This document shows, piece by piece, positions 14,105 to 27,490 of a DNA stretch of 64,000 nucleotides. Origin of the DNA: Octopus vulgaris (lineage: Eukaryota); NCBI GenBank assembly GCA_951406725.2, contig OX597824.1, forward strand, positions 13,392,001 to 13,456,000, given 5' to 3'. The notes beneath the pieces are model-generated. The model did no database searches, was not told the origin of the DNA, and was given only the letters and a program-made list of their open reading frames with translations. The number at the start of each line of letters is the position of its first letter. Position 1 is the stretch's first letter. The position numbers were made by a program, and so were the translations under genes.

Positions 14105-14285
14105 TCTATTCTGACACAGTAGACCTATGACCAAATGAGCTTCTACTATGACCCTCACAACTATTTTCATATATTGTATCTGTCATTTCACTTATCATTT
14201 GCAGTTGGTGACTTTCGAGAAGCATTTGGCTGCTGTTTCTAAAAGATTTGGTCTAGTGGTAGGAGGGTTCTCTCATTTACCTCTT
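14105..14285 (+). repeat. Old dispersed repeat, family E
   Basis: agacctatgaccaaa ... catttggctgctgtttcta. Confidence 0.5.
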
Positions 14286-14589
14286 CTTCAGTTGACGTAT
14301 GAATACCGTATTATTATTGCCAGAGGTCATAAGTTTCAATAAGTCAATAATTGAGATATAAGTAAACCAATGTTAATTCACATTCTGTTGCCAGAAATAT
14401 ACAGAGAGTTTGCAACTGTGCTTGTGGCGATAAGACAGAATCACGAGTATGAGTGTGAGTATGTGTGTGTGTGTGTGTGTATACATAGTCAGAAAAATAT
14501 ATTCATAATACATACACACCCGATTTTATATCTTTATGTGTGTGTTTGTGTGTATGTGTATTATGGTTACTTCTATTCTAAGTACATGG

Positions 14590-14782
14590 CCTTGAAAATT
14601 TTGGGGGACAAGGGCTAGTCAATTACATCGACACCAGTGTGTAACTGATATTTATTTAATCGACCCCGAAGGATGAAAGGCAAAGTCGACCTGGGCGGAA
14701 CTTGAACCCAGAACGTAGTGGCAGACGAAAAACCGCTGAGCATTTCGCCCGGCGTGCTAACGATTCCGCCAGCTCGACGCCT
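14590..14782 (-). mobile_element. SINE family A
   Basis: atcgaccccgaaggatgaaaggcaaagtcgacc...gccagctcgacgcc. Confidence 0.88.
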
Positions 14783-16485
14783 TGTGTGTATAATTATGAC
14801 AAAGTGCGTGGTTCAGAAGTTAAGCAACTGGGTTCTACATCATTAAGATTTTGTTGTAAATTCCCTAGGCGGCATTTTGTGTCTTTGGAGAAGGTACTTT
14901 CTTCACATTGCGCTAGCATGGCAAAAATGAGAATCATATCTAAGATAGCGAGAAAACTCCGGTAAGTTAGTGAGAAGCTATATCCTGTCTTTATGTCACC
15001 CATAATATCCCTCCCTCCATTTACACATATATTTTGGTATCTAATTTTGGCGCAATGTCACCCATATTGAGAGAATGGGTATAATTGATTTATGCGCCTT
15101 ATGTACACAACTGATACCTATTTAGTCGTTTCTGAGAAAACGAAAGACAGTATTGAGCTCGGCGATGTATACCATACCACAGCATATATAGTTTAGTTTA
15201 TACATTGTATATATTTAATATGTGCACAATAGGCAAATATTGATTTATTACAGAATATCAACGGAAATAGATTTTAAAAGGTTCATATGTTTATTCTTTC
15301 AACTGACTGGATACGCAGGCGTTTGCCGAAAAGAATCTCCCTCACCTGATTAGGCAATCAAATACGAGTTTGAAAGTTTGCCAAGAGGCGAGCTGCATAA
15401 GATATCAACCTTTTCACCTGATATCAAACCTGTTCATATCTTGAGTAGATGATTTACTTTATGGAACAATTCCATATGTAAATGTAAATTATTGTACTTT
15501 GTCCTGCTTGTTCGTTATTCTTTCCTGGCATAATTAACTTGACTGCTCTTTGTTTTTCGGACCTTCTCTGCTTTAAATGAAGGCCTAGCGTCTGAGGAAA
15601 TTAGTCGCGCACTCATTAAAGAAAGTTGTTCGCAATAGTGAAGACTAAGAAAATAAACGAGGTGATTAATGGGACAGAGCAATCAATAAAGAGACACTTG
15701 ATAAGGGAATGATGCGGTTAAGGTGAGGTGTATGTGGGGCAGGGGCAAAGATGAAATGAAAGTGAATGAATGGCATACAACGAATAAATAGAATGCCGAA
15801 TTGTATAACAGAGGAATGAAATGATTATATATTGTAATGTCCGTGTGTGTGTGTGTGTGTGATAAATATAAAGCATAGCAAAGCGACGTGCAAGATAAAG
15901 AAATATAAATGAAAAACAATGGAATGTTATCTTGTCTCTAAGTTAAAATAAATGGTCGGACGAATGTGAACACACAGAAAGTAGGTCGAATTCAAAAATT
16001 CAACATCTTTCATATGTTGTATACTGAATACTTTTATTAATAGAATGATCATCGCACAGCATGTGTAAGCAGAATATAACGATTCAATGTAAATTCATTA
16101 TCCGAAAGTATATTCCGACTGAAATGAATTCTATATTCATAAATGCATCGAAGTAATTGCTTACATTATACTAGCGGTTGTAGTTGGAGTACCTTTCTGC
16201 AATATGAATATATAAAGTCTTATTAGTTTATCAATATCTAGTGGACAAGTGACTACATTGTATATTTGCGCCAACGTGGTAGCGTAGTCAATTAAAGTAA
16301 AATATTAATTACAAGCTTTCGAGAATTGTCTACTGCTGGTTCACTTAACTGCCGTTTCTAATGCACTTGAGATTAGTATGGAAATCACATACCTCATTTA
16401 CTAGCTAGTGTACTTTACGCATTTGTTCTGCAGGATCAATTCCATAAAAAATGGTATTCTAGCTGTAGCCATCTCGTCTTTTATG

Positions 16486-16720
16486 TATTTCTTTACTTCC
16501 CACAGTGGGCTAAACACAGAGGGGACAAACAAGGACAGACAAAGGGATTAAGTCGATTATATCGACCCCAGTGCGTAACTGGTACTTAATTTATCGACCC
16601 CCGAAAGGATGAAGGGCAAAGTCGACCTCGGCGGAATTTGAACTCGGATCGGAACGTAACGACAGACGAAATACGGCTACGCATTTCGCCCGGCCTGCTA
16701 AGGTTTCTCCCAGCTCGCCG
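16486..16720 (-). mobile_element. SINE family A
   Basis: Near-consensus body and head. Confidence 0.9.
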
Positions 16721-16864
16721 CTGAAATCGTCACAAAATACCACCAGCAACACACACACAAACGGAAACATATAGACATAGATTTGACACGATTATGCAGA
16801 TTCACTCTGCGATGCACACACACTGAAATATACGAACACTTGAAATTGCTGCTATTGTTTCGTT

Positions 16865-16935
16865 CCACGTTATCCCTGTTCAAGCAGACCTATGATCAAA
16901 GACACTTTCAGCCATCGGCATCCCGTTTTCTGATG
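16865..16935 (+). repeat. Old dispersed repeat, family E (5' part)
   Basis: caagcagacctatgatcaaagacactttcagccatcggcatcccg. Confidence 0.5.
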
Positions 16936-19687
16936 AGTCTACTATAACTTCCTCACTTTTAGAGAGAAGCGTGTCATTCGAGGTGGTTTTTGGACGTCTA
17001 CCTCGTTGCATCCAGTTGTCTCTATACGATATATTTCGCTAAATACGTTGAAATAGACGAGTTGTCTGAAATATGTTCGCTACAAAATACATAGCTTAAA
17101 AGAAGCCTTAAGCTCAGTTGTCTCATGCAGCTATGCTTGTCTTGCTGCTTTTATTTAATTGATTCCGTTTGTAGAAAACTTTCTCAACATGCTTTTGTAT
17201 CGATTGCTTCAAAGCCACCAATCTTCAAAGTAAAATGTCTGTATTACAAAGAAGGTTATCAACAGGAGATATTTTAAGTCACGTCTGCTTTATTTTGAAC
17301 ACATTATACCCTCTGAATATGGAGACCGTTTAGGAGCAGTATAGAAACACTTGTTTCGTCATATACTGCAATGGAAATGAATATGCAACCCTGAATTATG
17401 GAATGAGTATCAAACACTTTCTTTTAACTTCAACTTTATTCATTCAATATATTCACTCGATCCAAATAGTCCGAGAGGTTTTACTTTTGCAAGAGGAAAT
17501 GGAAACAAATTTTATGTTTTCCTTATGTTAACTTTTATACTTCACATTAGATATCAGTTTTACGCTACCTCTATCTGCAGTTGTTGAAGCAGTAGCATTT
17601 ACGCATACAGCAAAGATTTTCGAATATCGAAACATATCATTAAAAAGGGAAAAATAGTTATTTTATTGAGTATAGTCTAATCTTTCATTGTCAGTCTCCT
17701 ATTCAGGCTGAGAAACTAAATATCTCTCACAACATATCAAATCATAGCAGTAAATATCAGTCGAATGTCGAAGTTGGGATGTAAATGTATTAGTCACCGA
17801 TGCGTGATATCAAGAAAGAGTGGCAACATAGTAATATGGATTAGGAAATTATCTACTAAAAGGTTTTCTGCTAACGTTTAAGGGAAATCTTTCAGAAGAA
17901 TGTAAGGCTTTAAGAGAAGCTACCCAATGGTAATTTACGATGCTTTCCTAGCATACGTTGTCAAATATCGTATTCACATTACTTGTTGTGTCTCTGCCTT
18001 TCACTTTTCCATGAATTGTATTCGTAAAAAAATCGATTTGTGTATACGTAGAGTATAAGATTACAGAATCTGCTCCGTTTATGTAGAACTTCAGTAATTG
18101 CGCATTTCAACCAGATATCTGAAGAAGAAGAAGAACTGCATGTCAAATTTATTATCTCTGACATTTTACAAAGAGGTGAAACATCAACAGGAAATATTCG
18201 ATTATTGTGTTCAGGTTCTCCATCAATCAATAACACAAACTACAACATTAGCTTTTCGTTCGCACTATTTTTCCCTCCTCTCAAATCACTTTTGTCATTT
18301 ATGCTACTACATTTCGACTACTGAGTAAGTTATCTCTCATACTTCACGTTAAATATCGTATCTGCCCTAGAAAATACAAGAGCCGAGGTATTTGTGTGAT
18401 ATCATCTTGAAACAAAGAAGGAAATAAGAGTACAGCGATTAGTTTTACGAAGTAGATCATGATGAAGGAGTCTACATATTTCCGATAATATGATTCCATT
18501 ACAATATAATGGTTTCCTGTCTTACTAGTCAGTGATTTGATTTTAGATATATAGGTTTCAGCGCCGTAGCGTTCTCAGTTAATTATAGAAAAATAAAAGA
18601 AAGTAGCAAAAAAATTGAATATCTTGGTAGGATATATCTGGAGACATTTTGCCTGAGGCTCACCGTTGTTCTAAAACGTTATTATGATAGAAATATCTTT
18701 TAAGACGCACAACTACAAATATGAAAAGAATGGTAAGTGGATTAAATTGACATGTGTACTTGAATAGAACATTTTATCGACCCCGGACGGATGAAAGGTA
18801 AAGTTGACGCTTGCAGGATTTGAAGTCAAAACGTAAAGACTCAGAAGAAATAACAATGAACTCCAATGATTTTGCTTATCTACCAACATCAAAACGAGGA
18901 ATCTGCTCGTACTAAAAGGAAAAGTATTGGAGGTTAATATAGATATAAATTATTTTTATCTGATAACATAAATCATGCGAGGTTTGACAAGAGAGAGAGT
19001 GATTTGTCAAGTTTGTATTCTTTTGTCAAAAAAATTCACAGCGTGAGAAGTTAAATAGGTTTGATTGACTCCAAACCTCAGATAAAATACAGTTGTTCAA
19101 AAATATATCCTGTACATTAAAATAGAAACTTGTTATGTAAATAACTAGTTTACTCTGTTTTGATTGACAGGTCTCTTATGAAAAGAAAATGTGAAAGCTG
19201 TAGATTGTTGTTAAATATTGTATTTCTATTACAGTTTTAAAAGCCCAAAAGAAAGTAGTACGCGGTAGTTATCTTACGAAACACATCAAAACCTACAATT
19301 CAAAGGCAATTTATTTTCACCCGATTTCAAGACTACGTTGAAATACTAGATATTATTTTCGTGTGATAAAAGAAACAATGAAAGCAAGAAAGAAAAATTA
19401 CATATTTTTTCCCCGAAAGAAATTATCCGTTACAAAGCTCATAGCTATAAGAAATTTCAGAACTATCTAGATGACGATGAGTTTACATATTCCTATTGAA
19501 CAAGAATATGTGCGTATGCGTGTGTTTCAGCGTGTGTGTTTGTGTGCTATCACTATTTCATATCCAAGAAATCCGAGCGTTTTTATAGAAGCAAATAATT
19601 AAAATATTGCCTCTATAAGAACTAAACAAATAGATTCAATTATATTTTACTACAAATAAGTTTGTTATTGTATTGGCTACATATCTA

Positions 19688-19850
19688 CCTATTTCTTTAC
19701 TACCCACAAGGGGCTAAACACAGAGGGGACAAACAAGGACAGACATAGGTATTAAGTCGATTACATCGACCCCCAGTGCGTAACTGGTACTTAATTTATC
19801 GACCCCGAAAGGATGAAAGGCAAAGTCGACCTCGGCGGAATTTGAACTCA
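19688..19850 (-). mobile_element. SINE family A, 5'-truncated
   Basis: Consensus body; TSD attggctac(a/c)tatc(t/c)acctattt. Confidence 0.9.
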
Positions 19851-20137
19851 CATTGGCTACCTATCCACCTATTTATTTATCTATGTTCCTTCATCCGTCT
19901 CTCTAAAAATGATTTCTAATTTACGTACAACGACAGCAATTTTAATGGGAGGAGTTTAGTTGATACCATAAAACCCACTGCTTAGACTGATACTTTATTT
20001 TATCGACCCCAGAAAAAAAAATGAAGGGCAAAGCTGACCTCGAAGTGATTTGAATTCTTATACAGATCTAAATTTGCCGAACAACTAACTAATACTGCCA
20101 CTGAATTTCGAATGTAAAGCAATACAAGCAAATACTT

Positions 20138-20463
20138 ATATCTTTACTGCCCACAAGGGGCTAAACATAAAGGGGACAAAGTGATTAAGTCGATTACATC
20201 GACACCAGTGCATAACTGGTACTTAATTTATTGACCCCGAAAGGATGAAAGGCAAAGTCGACCTCGGCAGAATTTGAACTTAGAGCGTAACGGCAGACGA
20301 AATACCTATTTCTAATTCTTTACTACCCACAAGGGGCTAAGCACAGAGAGGACAGACAAACGGATTAAGTCGATCATATCAATCCCAGTGTGCAACTGGT
20401 ACTTAATTTATTGACCCCGAAAGGATAAAAGGCAAGGTCGACCTCGGCGGAATTTGAGCTCAG
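20138..20463 (-). mobile_element. SINE family A head-to-tail dimer
   Basis: Two bodies joined at gacgaaatac|ctatttct; TSD atacaagcaaatact. Confidence 0.9.
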
Positions 20464-20819
20464 ATCGACTTTGCCTTATACAAGCAAATACTGAAAGGAA
20501 AATGTACAAATAAATGTTAATTTGATTAACCCAGAATGCAAAAGAGCTAGAACAAATACCGCAAAGTAATTTGTTGGAAGTTGGCGTGTGGTGGTGGTGG
20601 TTTCAATATCATCGCCCATAGTGCTTGATTGGTCTTCTTTTATATCGTCTCCGAAATAATGAAAGCAATGTTAACCCCGACAGAATTTGACCTCAGAACG
20701 GAGAGAACCGAAAGCAATCCCACAAGGCTGGTCTCCGACAAACGAGCGATTCTGCCATTTCTCTGCTATCTGTTTTAATGAAGAAAAGTAATTACTTGTA
20801 TCATGCAGTAAATGGCTTC

Positions 20820-21020
20820 CAATCTAGACACGAGGCCAGCATTTTTTAGGACAAGTGGCTGAGTCATTTATACTACTATATTTCGATTACTGAGTAAGTT
20901 ATCTCTCATACTTCATGTTAAATATCGTATCTGCCCTAGAAAATACAAGAGCCGATAACATCGACTCCTATTTAGTTACTACTTAATTTTATTCACCCCG
21001 AGAGGATTCAAAGCAAAGTT
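20820..21020 (-). mobile_element. Decayed family A SINE interrupted by an 83-bp copy of 18304-18386
   Basis: gagtcattta[insert]taacatcgactcc...ttcaccccgagaggattcaaagcaaagttga. Confidence 0.6.
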
Positions 21021-21107
21021 GAATAGAAACCGGCTGTGAGATGCAAAATGCAGGTAAAACGCAGATTTATGCTTTAAATATAATCTTCCCTTCCTCTCCC
21101 TCCTTCT

Positions 21108-21155
21108 CATCATCATCTAACGTCAGTGTTCCATGCTGGCATGGGTTGGACAATT
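21108..21155 (-). mobile_element. Short 3' end of a LINE, probably RTE clade, with (GAT)n tail
   Basis: catcatcatctaacgtcagtgttccatgctggcatgggttggac resembles a recurrent octopus LINE 3' terminus (recognised from memory). Confidence 0.5.
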
Positions 21156-22709
21156 GAGATATAAAATTTAAGAATCAAATCTATTCTAAAAGTGTAATAC
21201 AAATGGAAGAAATAATTAATTATATCATTTGTTTTTGTTTTTACTTACTTGAGCCGCTAAGAGGATTTTAGGAAATGAGAAATCTTATATGAGAAGTAAT
21301 AAATGAAAACTACATAATGCTGAATTCATTTTAGACATTAAAACAAGAGAATGCAAAACTATAAAACGTTACAAACAATGAATTAACTTACCTTCAGCGA
21401 AACATGTATTTGAAGTGCTTCAAGACAGTTTAATAATCCAACGAAAATGAGTACGCCATGTTTAATTGGTCTGTTTCCGTATTAGCTGCAACTCATCAAG
21501 ATTATATATGTAGCTTGTAAACGGAAACAGTATCGATTTTGTAAAATGTTTTCTGTTTGAAAAACGATTTTACCAAATCTTATTGTCATGATTAGATAAG
21601 AGAAAATTCTATTATTTTCAATGACTTGAATTTAAAAATTAGACCTTTAATACGTGAATGACCCAGTTTGCTTTCATCACCCGTAATTGTTAATTCTACT
21701 AATGGACTGATACGGCCTGCATGCTTGGCTTTCTTTCTTTAATGGTCAACGCCTTAATCGGTTTCTCCTTCTGATAAGTAATTTAATTGTTATCGAAGAA
21801 AATAAAAGCATTAATTGTGACACTCTTTGAATGATCCTGTAAAGAAATCAATACTTACATACATACATATATATATATATATTTTATATGTATTATGTAG
21901 AGAGAGAGAGAGAGCGAAAGAGACTTTACGGCTTATAGTTTCAAACAATTCGTCTTAGGTTAATGCAATGAAAAATCTTAGCATAAGAATGATTACAGTT
22001 TTTAATCAAATTAACGTTTATTTGTATATTTTCCTTTTCAGTAAGCATTTGTTTGTATTGCTTTACATTACAATTTCAATGGCAGTATTAGTTGGTTGTT
22101 CCGCAAATTTAGATCTGTATAAGAATTGATGTAGCGTGCCATTAACTACGATCCCAGTCAACGTTTAAATGGAAGTAGTACTTACAAATACACCAATAAA
22201 TCTCTCACTCTCTCTCTCTCTCACTCATATATATCTGTATGTATATGATTTGTACTGTAGTGAACAAAATATCAACGCTTTTGAAGCGTTCAAGTTCACG
22301 TAGCACTAACAATTTGGGATCGAAGCCGTATCTTATACTAATTTTGTGAATCATATTCAACACAGGTAATGAAAGGTAATGTTTCTTCGTGTAAATGGCC
22401 AATAAATGATCCGTATCCGTCGCTATTAGTCTCTTAACTGTGTTGTGATCCTCATTGGACATCGTTTTATTTTTATATTTGTAATGTTAGGCAGATTTCT
22501 TTGCAGAAAAAGAGAAAAGTAATTTGAATTCTACAGCGAACTAGTCGGTGGTTAACTCTATTTTTCTTTCTGAAATGTCTTTGGTCATGTGGAAAAAGCT
22601 TTGCAGTACACACTGAAAACATATATTGCACATATCCCACCTTCAATAATTTTGCTTTTATGCAAATGGTGTTTCTGCAGATGAAAAGATATTGGAAATA
22701 TATATATAT

Positions 22710-22978
22710 TGGTTAAAACGGTAAGATAACAAAAGAAAGAAAGAGACCTCAATATTATGTAAATAGAGGAATTTATCTGTAAAATATGTGACAATTATTC
22801 AGTAGCCAAGATAAAACACTGAGTTTCGGATGCCGAGGTGGAAATCTACACCACCATCTCTTCGGTTTTTCAGATGAGTTTTTTTAACCGAAGAGATGGT
22901 GGTGTGGATTTCCACCTCGGCATCCGAAACTCAGAGTTTTATCTTGGCTACTGAATAATTGTCACATATTATTTTACA
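22710..22978. mobile_element. Fold-back Penelope-like (pLTR) element, family H1
   Basis: Inverted arms 22783-22867 and 22886-22970 with 2 mismatches; TA tracts on both sides; homologous to 50351 and 59488. Confidence 0.8.
22885..22943 (+). ncRNA. Minimal type-I hammerhead ribozyme motif (mirror copy on - strand at ~22810-22867)
   Basis: taa-CCGAAGA-gatg[..]catc-c-GAAAC-tcaga-GTT-tta; U4>C variant core, stem I taa/tta. Confidence 0.6.
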
Positions 22979-23959
22979 TATATATATATATGTGTGTAGA
23001 GAGAGAGGCGCATACATACATGCATACCTGTACATAAATATATTTACATACACACTTGGGGCTGGTAGTGGAGTAAAAAAAATCAATCCGTTGTAATATG
23101 GTATTACAGTTTCATTAATAGAGTATGAACTCCCGAAAATCCAACAAACAGACCGCTTTACCACTCGTAAAGTCCTTGTTGGAATATAGCAGCAAATCAT
23201 TGGTAGAAATATGTTTACCTGTCTAGTACGTAGGTGACTAATATATTTAGATATTATAATATACTTCTATACAGGCAGTCGCCCATTTAATTCATTATCA
23301 TGTATGAATTGAACCGTTAATTTACATTGAGCTTGGCTATGTAAACCTCTTAGTTAATGACAAAGGCGGTTGAACGAAGCTAAGGGAAAGAATAGATTTT
23401 AGTAGAGATATTTTGCTGATTGGGTAAAAGTTGTTTTTCTATTTAAGTGGTCAGTGGGGGCGTGAAGTAGAGGGATGGTGGAAGAAATAGCAAAGATATA
23501 GGGGAGAATGAGTAATTCTCAGTATTCTGGGTAACAACTAAGGATGTCTGCCAAGAAATATAGTCTGTGCATATACGTACGCAGGCAGACATATAAAAAG
23601 ATATACAGACGTGAATTATCTATAATATAAATTGGACATGGGCGATCGTTGTATTCTTTCTTGTCTTGAGGTTCACAGCCAAATGGCTGGGGGGATTCAC
23701 ATGAAAAATGGCACATATGTGGAGACAGGTGCATAGATTGGAATGCAGTTTGTATTTTTTCCATAACCCCCATACTTACTGAGAAAATAGATTAAACCTT
23801 TTTCTCGTGGAATTTCCCTCTTTCTTCTGCCATTAAAACAACCAGTTGCTTAGAAGCTGTTTTCTGATGCGGTAGGGTCAGGAAATTTTCATACAGCTGG
23901 AGGCTCCAATCGGAACAGGGGACCCGAAATGATAAGGTTGACAAACGCTGTTATAGATT

Positions 23960-24028
23960 ATGCCGAACCGAAAACGATCACAGAGACATCATCCAAACAG
24001 ACCGGGTGAAACCGGGCTTTGCTGCTAG
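23960..24028 (+). mobile_element. Helitron-type 3' terminus
   Basis: ccgg-gtgaaa-ccgg hairpin 9 nt upstream of CTAG followed by T. Confidence 0.55.
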
Positions 24029-24379
24029 TATATATATATATATATATATATATACAAACCTTTAGTGATCAAGAGAGGCAATTCTCACCATGACCAAAAC
24101 TGGTTTGCGAGAGGGACAAAGGTATCATTAAATTGGAAACTTGACTTTAATGCTTGCAACAGAGCGAATTCCATCAAAGATACCCCGGTTGTGAGCTGCT
24201 GATGTACAGGTGAACTTTGACAGTTAGGTAGGCCAAGGTAGAATTTGATCACAGAACGCAAACAGACAGAAAAATACGACAAAATGTCTGGTTCCACATT
24301 CTCACTCCTCTGCCAGTCAATAGTCTTCGATTGGCTACAAGATTCTGCCAGATTGCCACCTAATACACGATTATAACAA

Positions 24380-24520
24380 AATCTGGCAGAATCGTTAGCA
24401 AACCTGACAAAGTTATTAGTAGTATTTCGTCCGTCTTTACGTTCTGGGTTATCATTCCGCTGAGGCCTTCTTTGCTTTTCCTCCCTTCGAGATCTTTAGA
24501 ATGAATACTAATCAAGTATT
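24380..24520 (+). mobile_element. Decayed family A SINE, local paralog of 28197-28330
   Basis: Shares non-consensus segments aaagttattagt, tatcattcc, ccttctttgc and gagatctttagaatgaatactaat with 28197. Confidence 0.75.
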
Positions 24521-25267
24521 GCCTTAAAAATAAAGAGAATCATAAAAGTGCAAAACATCAGCATTGCCATGGCCTTCCGTCTGAAATAGGATTCGCTTTT
24601 AATTGTTTAATTATTGCACTAGACTTGCAGTTTGAAACTAGGTTTCAGTTTTGGAGAAATTTAACTGCAAGTTTCAGCAGGTTCGGAGATTATGTTGGTA
24701 TTTCCTCTTTGGTTCGTGTGTGGTATAATATTTTGTAGAAGACATCGTCTTTTCAGACGATTATCTATACACGATCACACCTACAGACCGCCCAAAAATT
24801 CCTCTCTTATTCAATGCAAATAAAGACCAAGAATTACTGCACTCTCTGACGGCTAAACATCGCTTACTTTTCATGAAGTGCATGTTGGATGTCATGAGTT
24901 CAGGCAAACCTTTCAAAATCTTTATTACAGAATCTAATATAAATGACGACGTGTTTTGATTTGTTGATTGGGGGAAATTAAAATATTCAACATTAAAGAA
25001 GTGATACTGTAAATTGCAGTTTGAAGTTTGAAAGTGCTGCTTTTGAACATCTTTGAAGTCACTTCACAGGATTTCATGAATTAAAAGAAGAAATGGTTGT
25101 TCTTGAGTTACTTTGCATGCATCAGGATTACTGAAGCTACTGCTAAAATACGCTCAGTGAATGAAATCTAATTGAGTGAATCAGTGTTGAGAAAGAAATG
25201 TTGCACAACACTGCACCGATTTTTGCATCATATACAGGCCATATCATATACAGGGGTATGTATATAA

Positions 25268-25424
25268 TGTGTGGTAAGTAGCTTGCTTGCCAACCACATG
25301 GTTCCGAGTTCAGTCCCACTGCGTGGCACCTTGGGCAAGTGTCTTATACTATAGCCTCGGGCCGACTAAGGACTTGTAAGTGGATTTAGTGGACGGAAAC
25401 TGAAAGAAGCCCGTCGTATATATG

Positions 25425-25477
<53 letters not shown>

Positions 25478-25692
25478 CTTGTGTGAATGTTTGTGTGTCT
25501 GTGTTTGTCCCCGCCAACATCGCTTGACAACCAATGCTTGTGTGTTCACGTCCCTGTAACTTAGCGGTTCGGCAAAAGACACCGATAGAATAAGTACTAA
25601 GCTCACAAAGAATAAGTCCTGGGGTCGATCTGCTCAACTAAAGGCGGTGCTCCAGCATGGCCACAGTCAAATGACTAAAACAAGTAAAAGAG
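25268..25692 (+). mobile_element. SINE family B (tRNA head, CORE-like ccttgggcaagt, internal TA/TG microsatellite)
   Basis: Near full length; TSD ggccata(t/c)catatac. Confidence 0.92.
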
Positions 25693-25719
25693 GCCATACC
25701 ATATACTTATGGTTTTCAA

Positions 25720-25912
25720 AGGCTGCGAGTCGGCAGACCCGATAGCTCGCCGGTCAAAATGCTTAGCAGCATTTCATCTCCCTAATTCCGCCGAGGTCGA
25801 CTTTGCCTTTCATCCTTTCGGTGTTGATAAAATAAGTACCAGTGAAGTAATGGGGTTGATGTAATCGACTTGTCTCTCCCCATCAAAACCTACCGGCCAA
25901 ATTTTGTAACCA
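25720..25912 (+). mobile_element. SINE family A with internal deletion
   Basis: aattccgccgaggtcgactttgcctttcatcctttcgg...gataaaataagtaccag. Confidence 0.85.
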
Positions 25913-26254
25913 TCATATATATAAGGTTTGTGGAACCTGAAATAAAAGAAGAATCTCAATGAAATTTTGAGGAATCCAGCTGTAAAAATGAGCTTGAAAC
26001 TAAGCAATACATGATCGTTGAAGTAAAGTTGACAGGGGATCTAATCAAAGGACTAGAACCATGACTTAATGTTAGGACAAATATTAGTAAATTGTCATTT
26101 GGTTTGAGAAAAAACTAATCGAAGAAACGTCAAAACACATAAAACAACTTCGATTTCATGATTTGCTGAAGAAATAGCCAAGAATAATGTGTAGTGTTCT
26201 AGCTTCACCAGTTCTTTTCCAGTTTAATTTCTAAGGTGTATAAGTGACTGAGAT

Positions 26255-26452
26255 TACAGTCACACGCCACCCCCGGACGGGTCGCTGGTCCTCAGCAGGG
26301 TTAACTTCCCAGTTATTGCTGGAAGATATTTACAGCTAAATAGACTGGAGCTACGTGAAATGTTTTGATCAAGAATACAATGCACCGCCCGGTCCGGCAA
26401 TCGAAGCCATGATCTCCTGTCAACGCCTATCCATTTGTTCACGCGCCTTCAC
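26255..26452 (-). mobile_element. SINE family D-related, decayed
   Basis: gactggagctacgtgaaatgttttgatcaagaatacaatgcaccgcccggtccggcaatcgaa...cgcgccttcac. Confidence 0.7.
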
Positions 26453-27490
26453 TTTATTAATCAAAGTTTCTACTAAACCTTAATGCTTTAGAAATATTAG
26501 TAGTGCACAAATTGGTGGGTTACATGTATATTCCTAGAAGACTGGTGCCTAAATATTGGCAGAAACGTGTTTCTAACAAATAAAGAAAAGCGTGTGACGA
26601 AACGATTTTCTTTTATTCAGTAGATACGCATTATAAAGGAAGAAACAGACTCTTAACACCTCGTCTATAACAAAATGAAGGCGCAGATGTTTAAAACGCA
26701 ATTTTATCGCCATGAGCTAGCCGCATGTGGAAATTCTCTCTAGTAACGTTTCAAGATTCCTAACAGATAACTGGCTTCATTTAGCAGAACACAACATTCC
26801 ACCATAAAGGAGGAAAAGGTAAATAGATATACGCCCTTTACGAGAGGGGCCTGGTGGGGTCCAATGATTAAGAGCTAGATTTAATTTTAAACATGTTATA
26901 GATACAAAGGAGGATAATTTTTTCAGCATTTTAAGATTTTCTTTGTGGAACAAACAAACGTGTACTGTGAAGAGTCGGCAGAAAAAAATGAAATACAATA
27001 AAATAATCCAAAATTATTATTTGGTGAACTGCTGTTAGTTCGTGAATATCCATAATCCTGCAGAAGTCTGGGGCGAAGTATATCGGAAAATCTGGTATTG
27101 TATCTATATATACATATGTATATGTGTGTATCTGTACACGTGTGAAAAACAAAAGAATATGTATGTGTGTAGTATTTAAAGAATGTGCAGTACTGTGCAA
27201 TACACTGTACATGAAATATACTAACTATAGTAGAGTATTGATATCCTTACTATGTTTTAACCCATAAAGCGCTGGGATTTGCACTTACATAGCATGGACT
27301 GCTGAGCACATTTTATGAAAATGAGACTAAATGAGACACATAAAAAGCAAAAAATAGTTAAAATATCTTCTTAGTATATAATGGTGGAAAGTTTTACATC
27401 AGCTGAAAAGTCATTAATTGAACTATCAGTCCTCTTGCACTCTGGTCCGTATCGGAGCATTTTAGGGACATTAGACCCCTAACAAACGCC

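Noticed and set aside
16929-16940. CTGATGAG hammerhead-like core
   Set aside because: No stem II or GAAA downstream
18050-18324. ~90-codon open plus frame (..QISEEEEELHVKFIISDILQRG..)
   Set aside because: No start codon, only moderate splice sites, no partner exons or recognisable domain
21392-21486. Minus-strand exon candidate with AAG|GTAAGT donor
   Set aside because: Best acceptor gives stops in all frames; no linked exons
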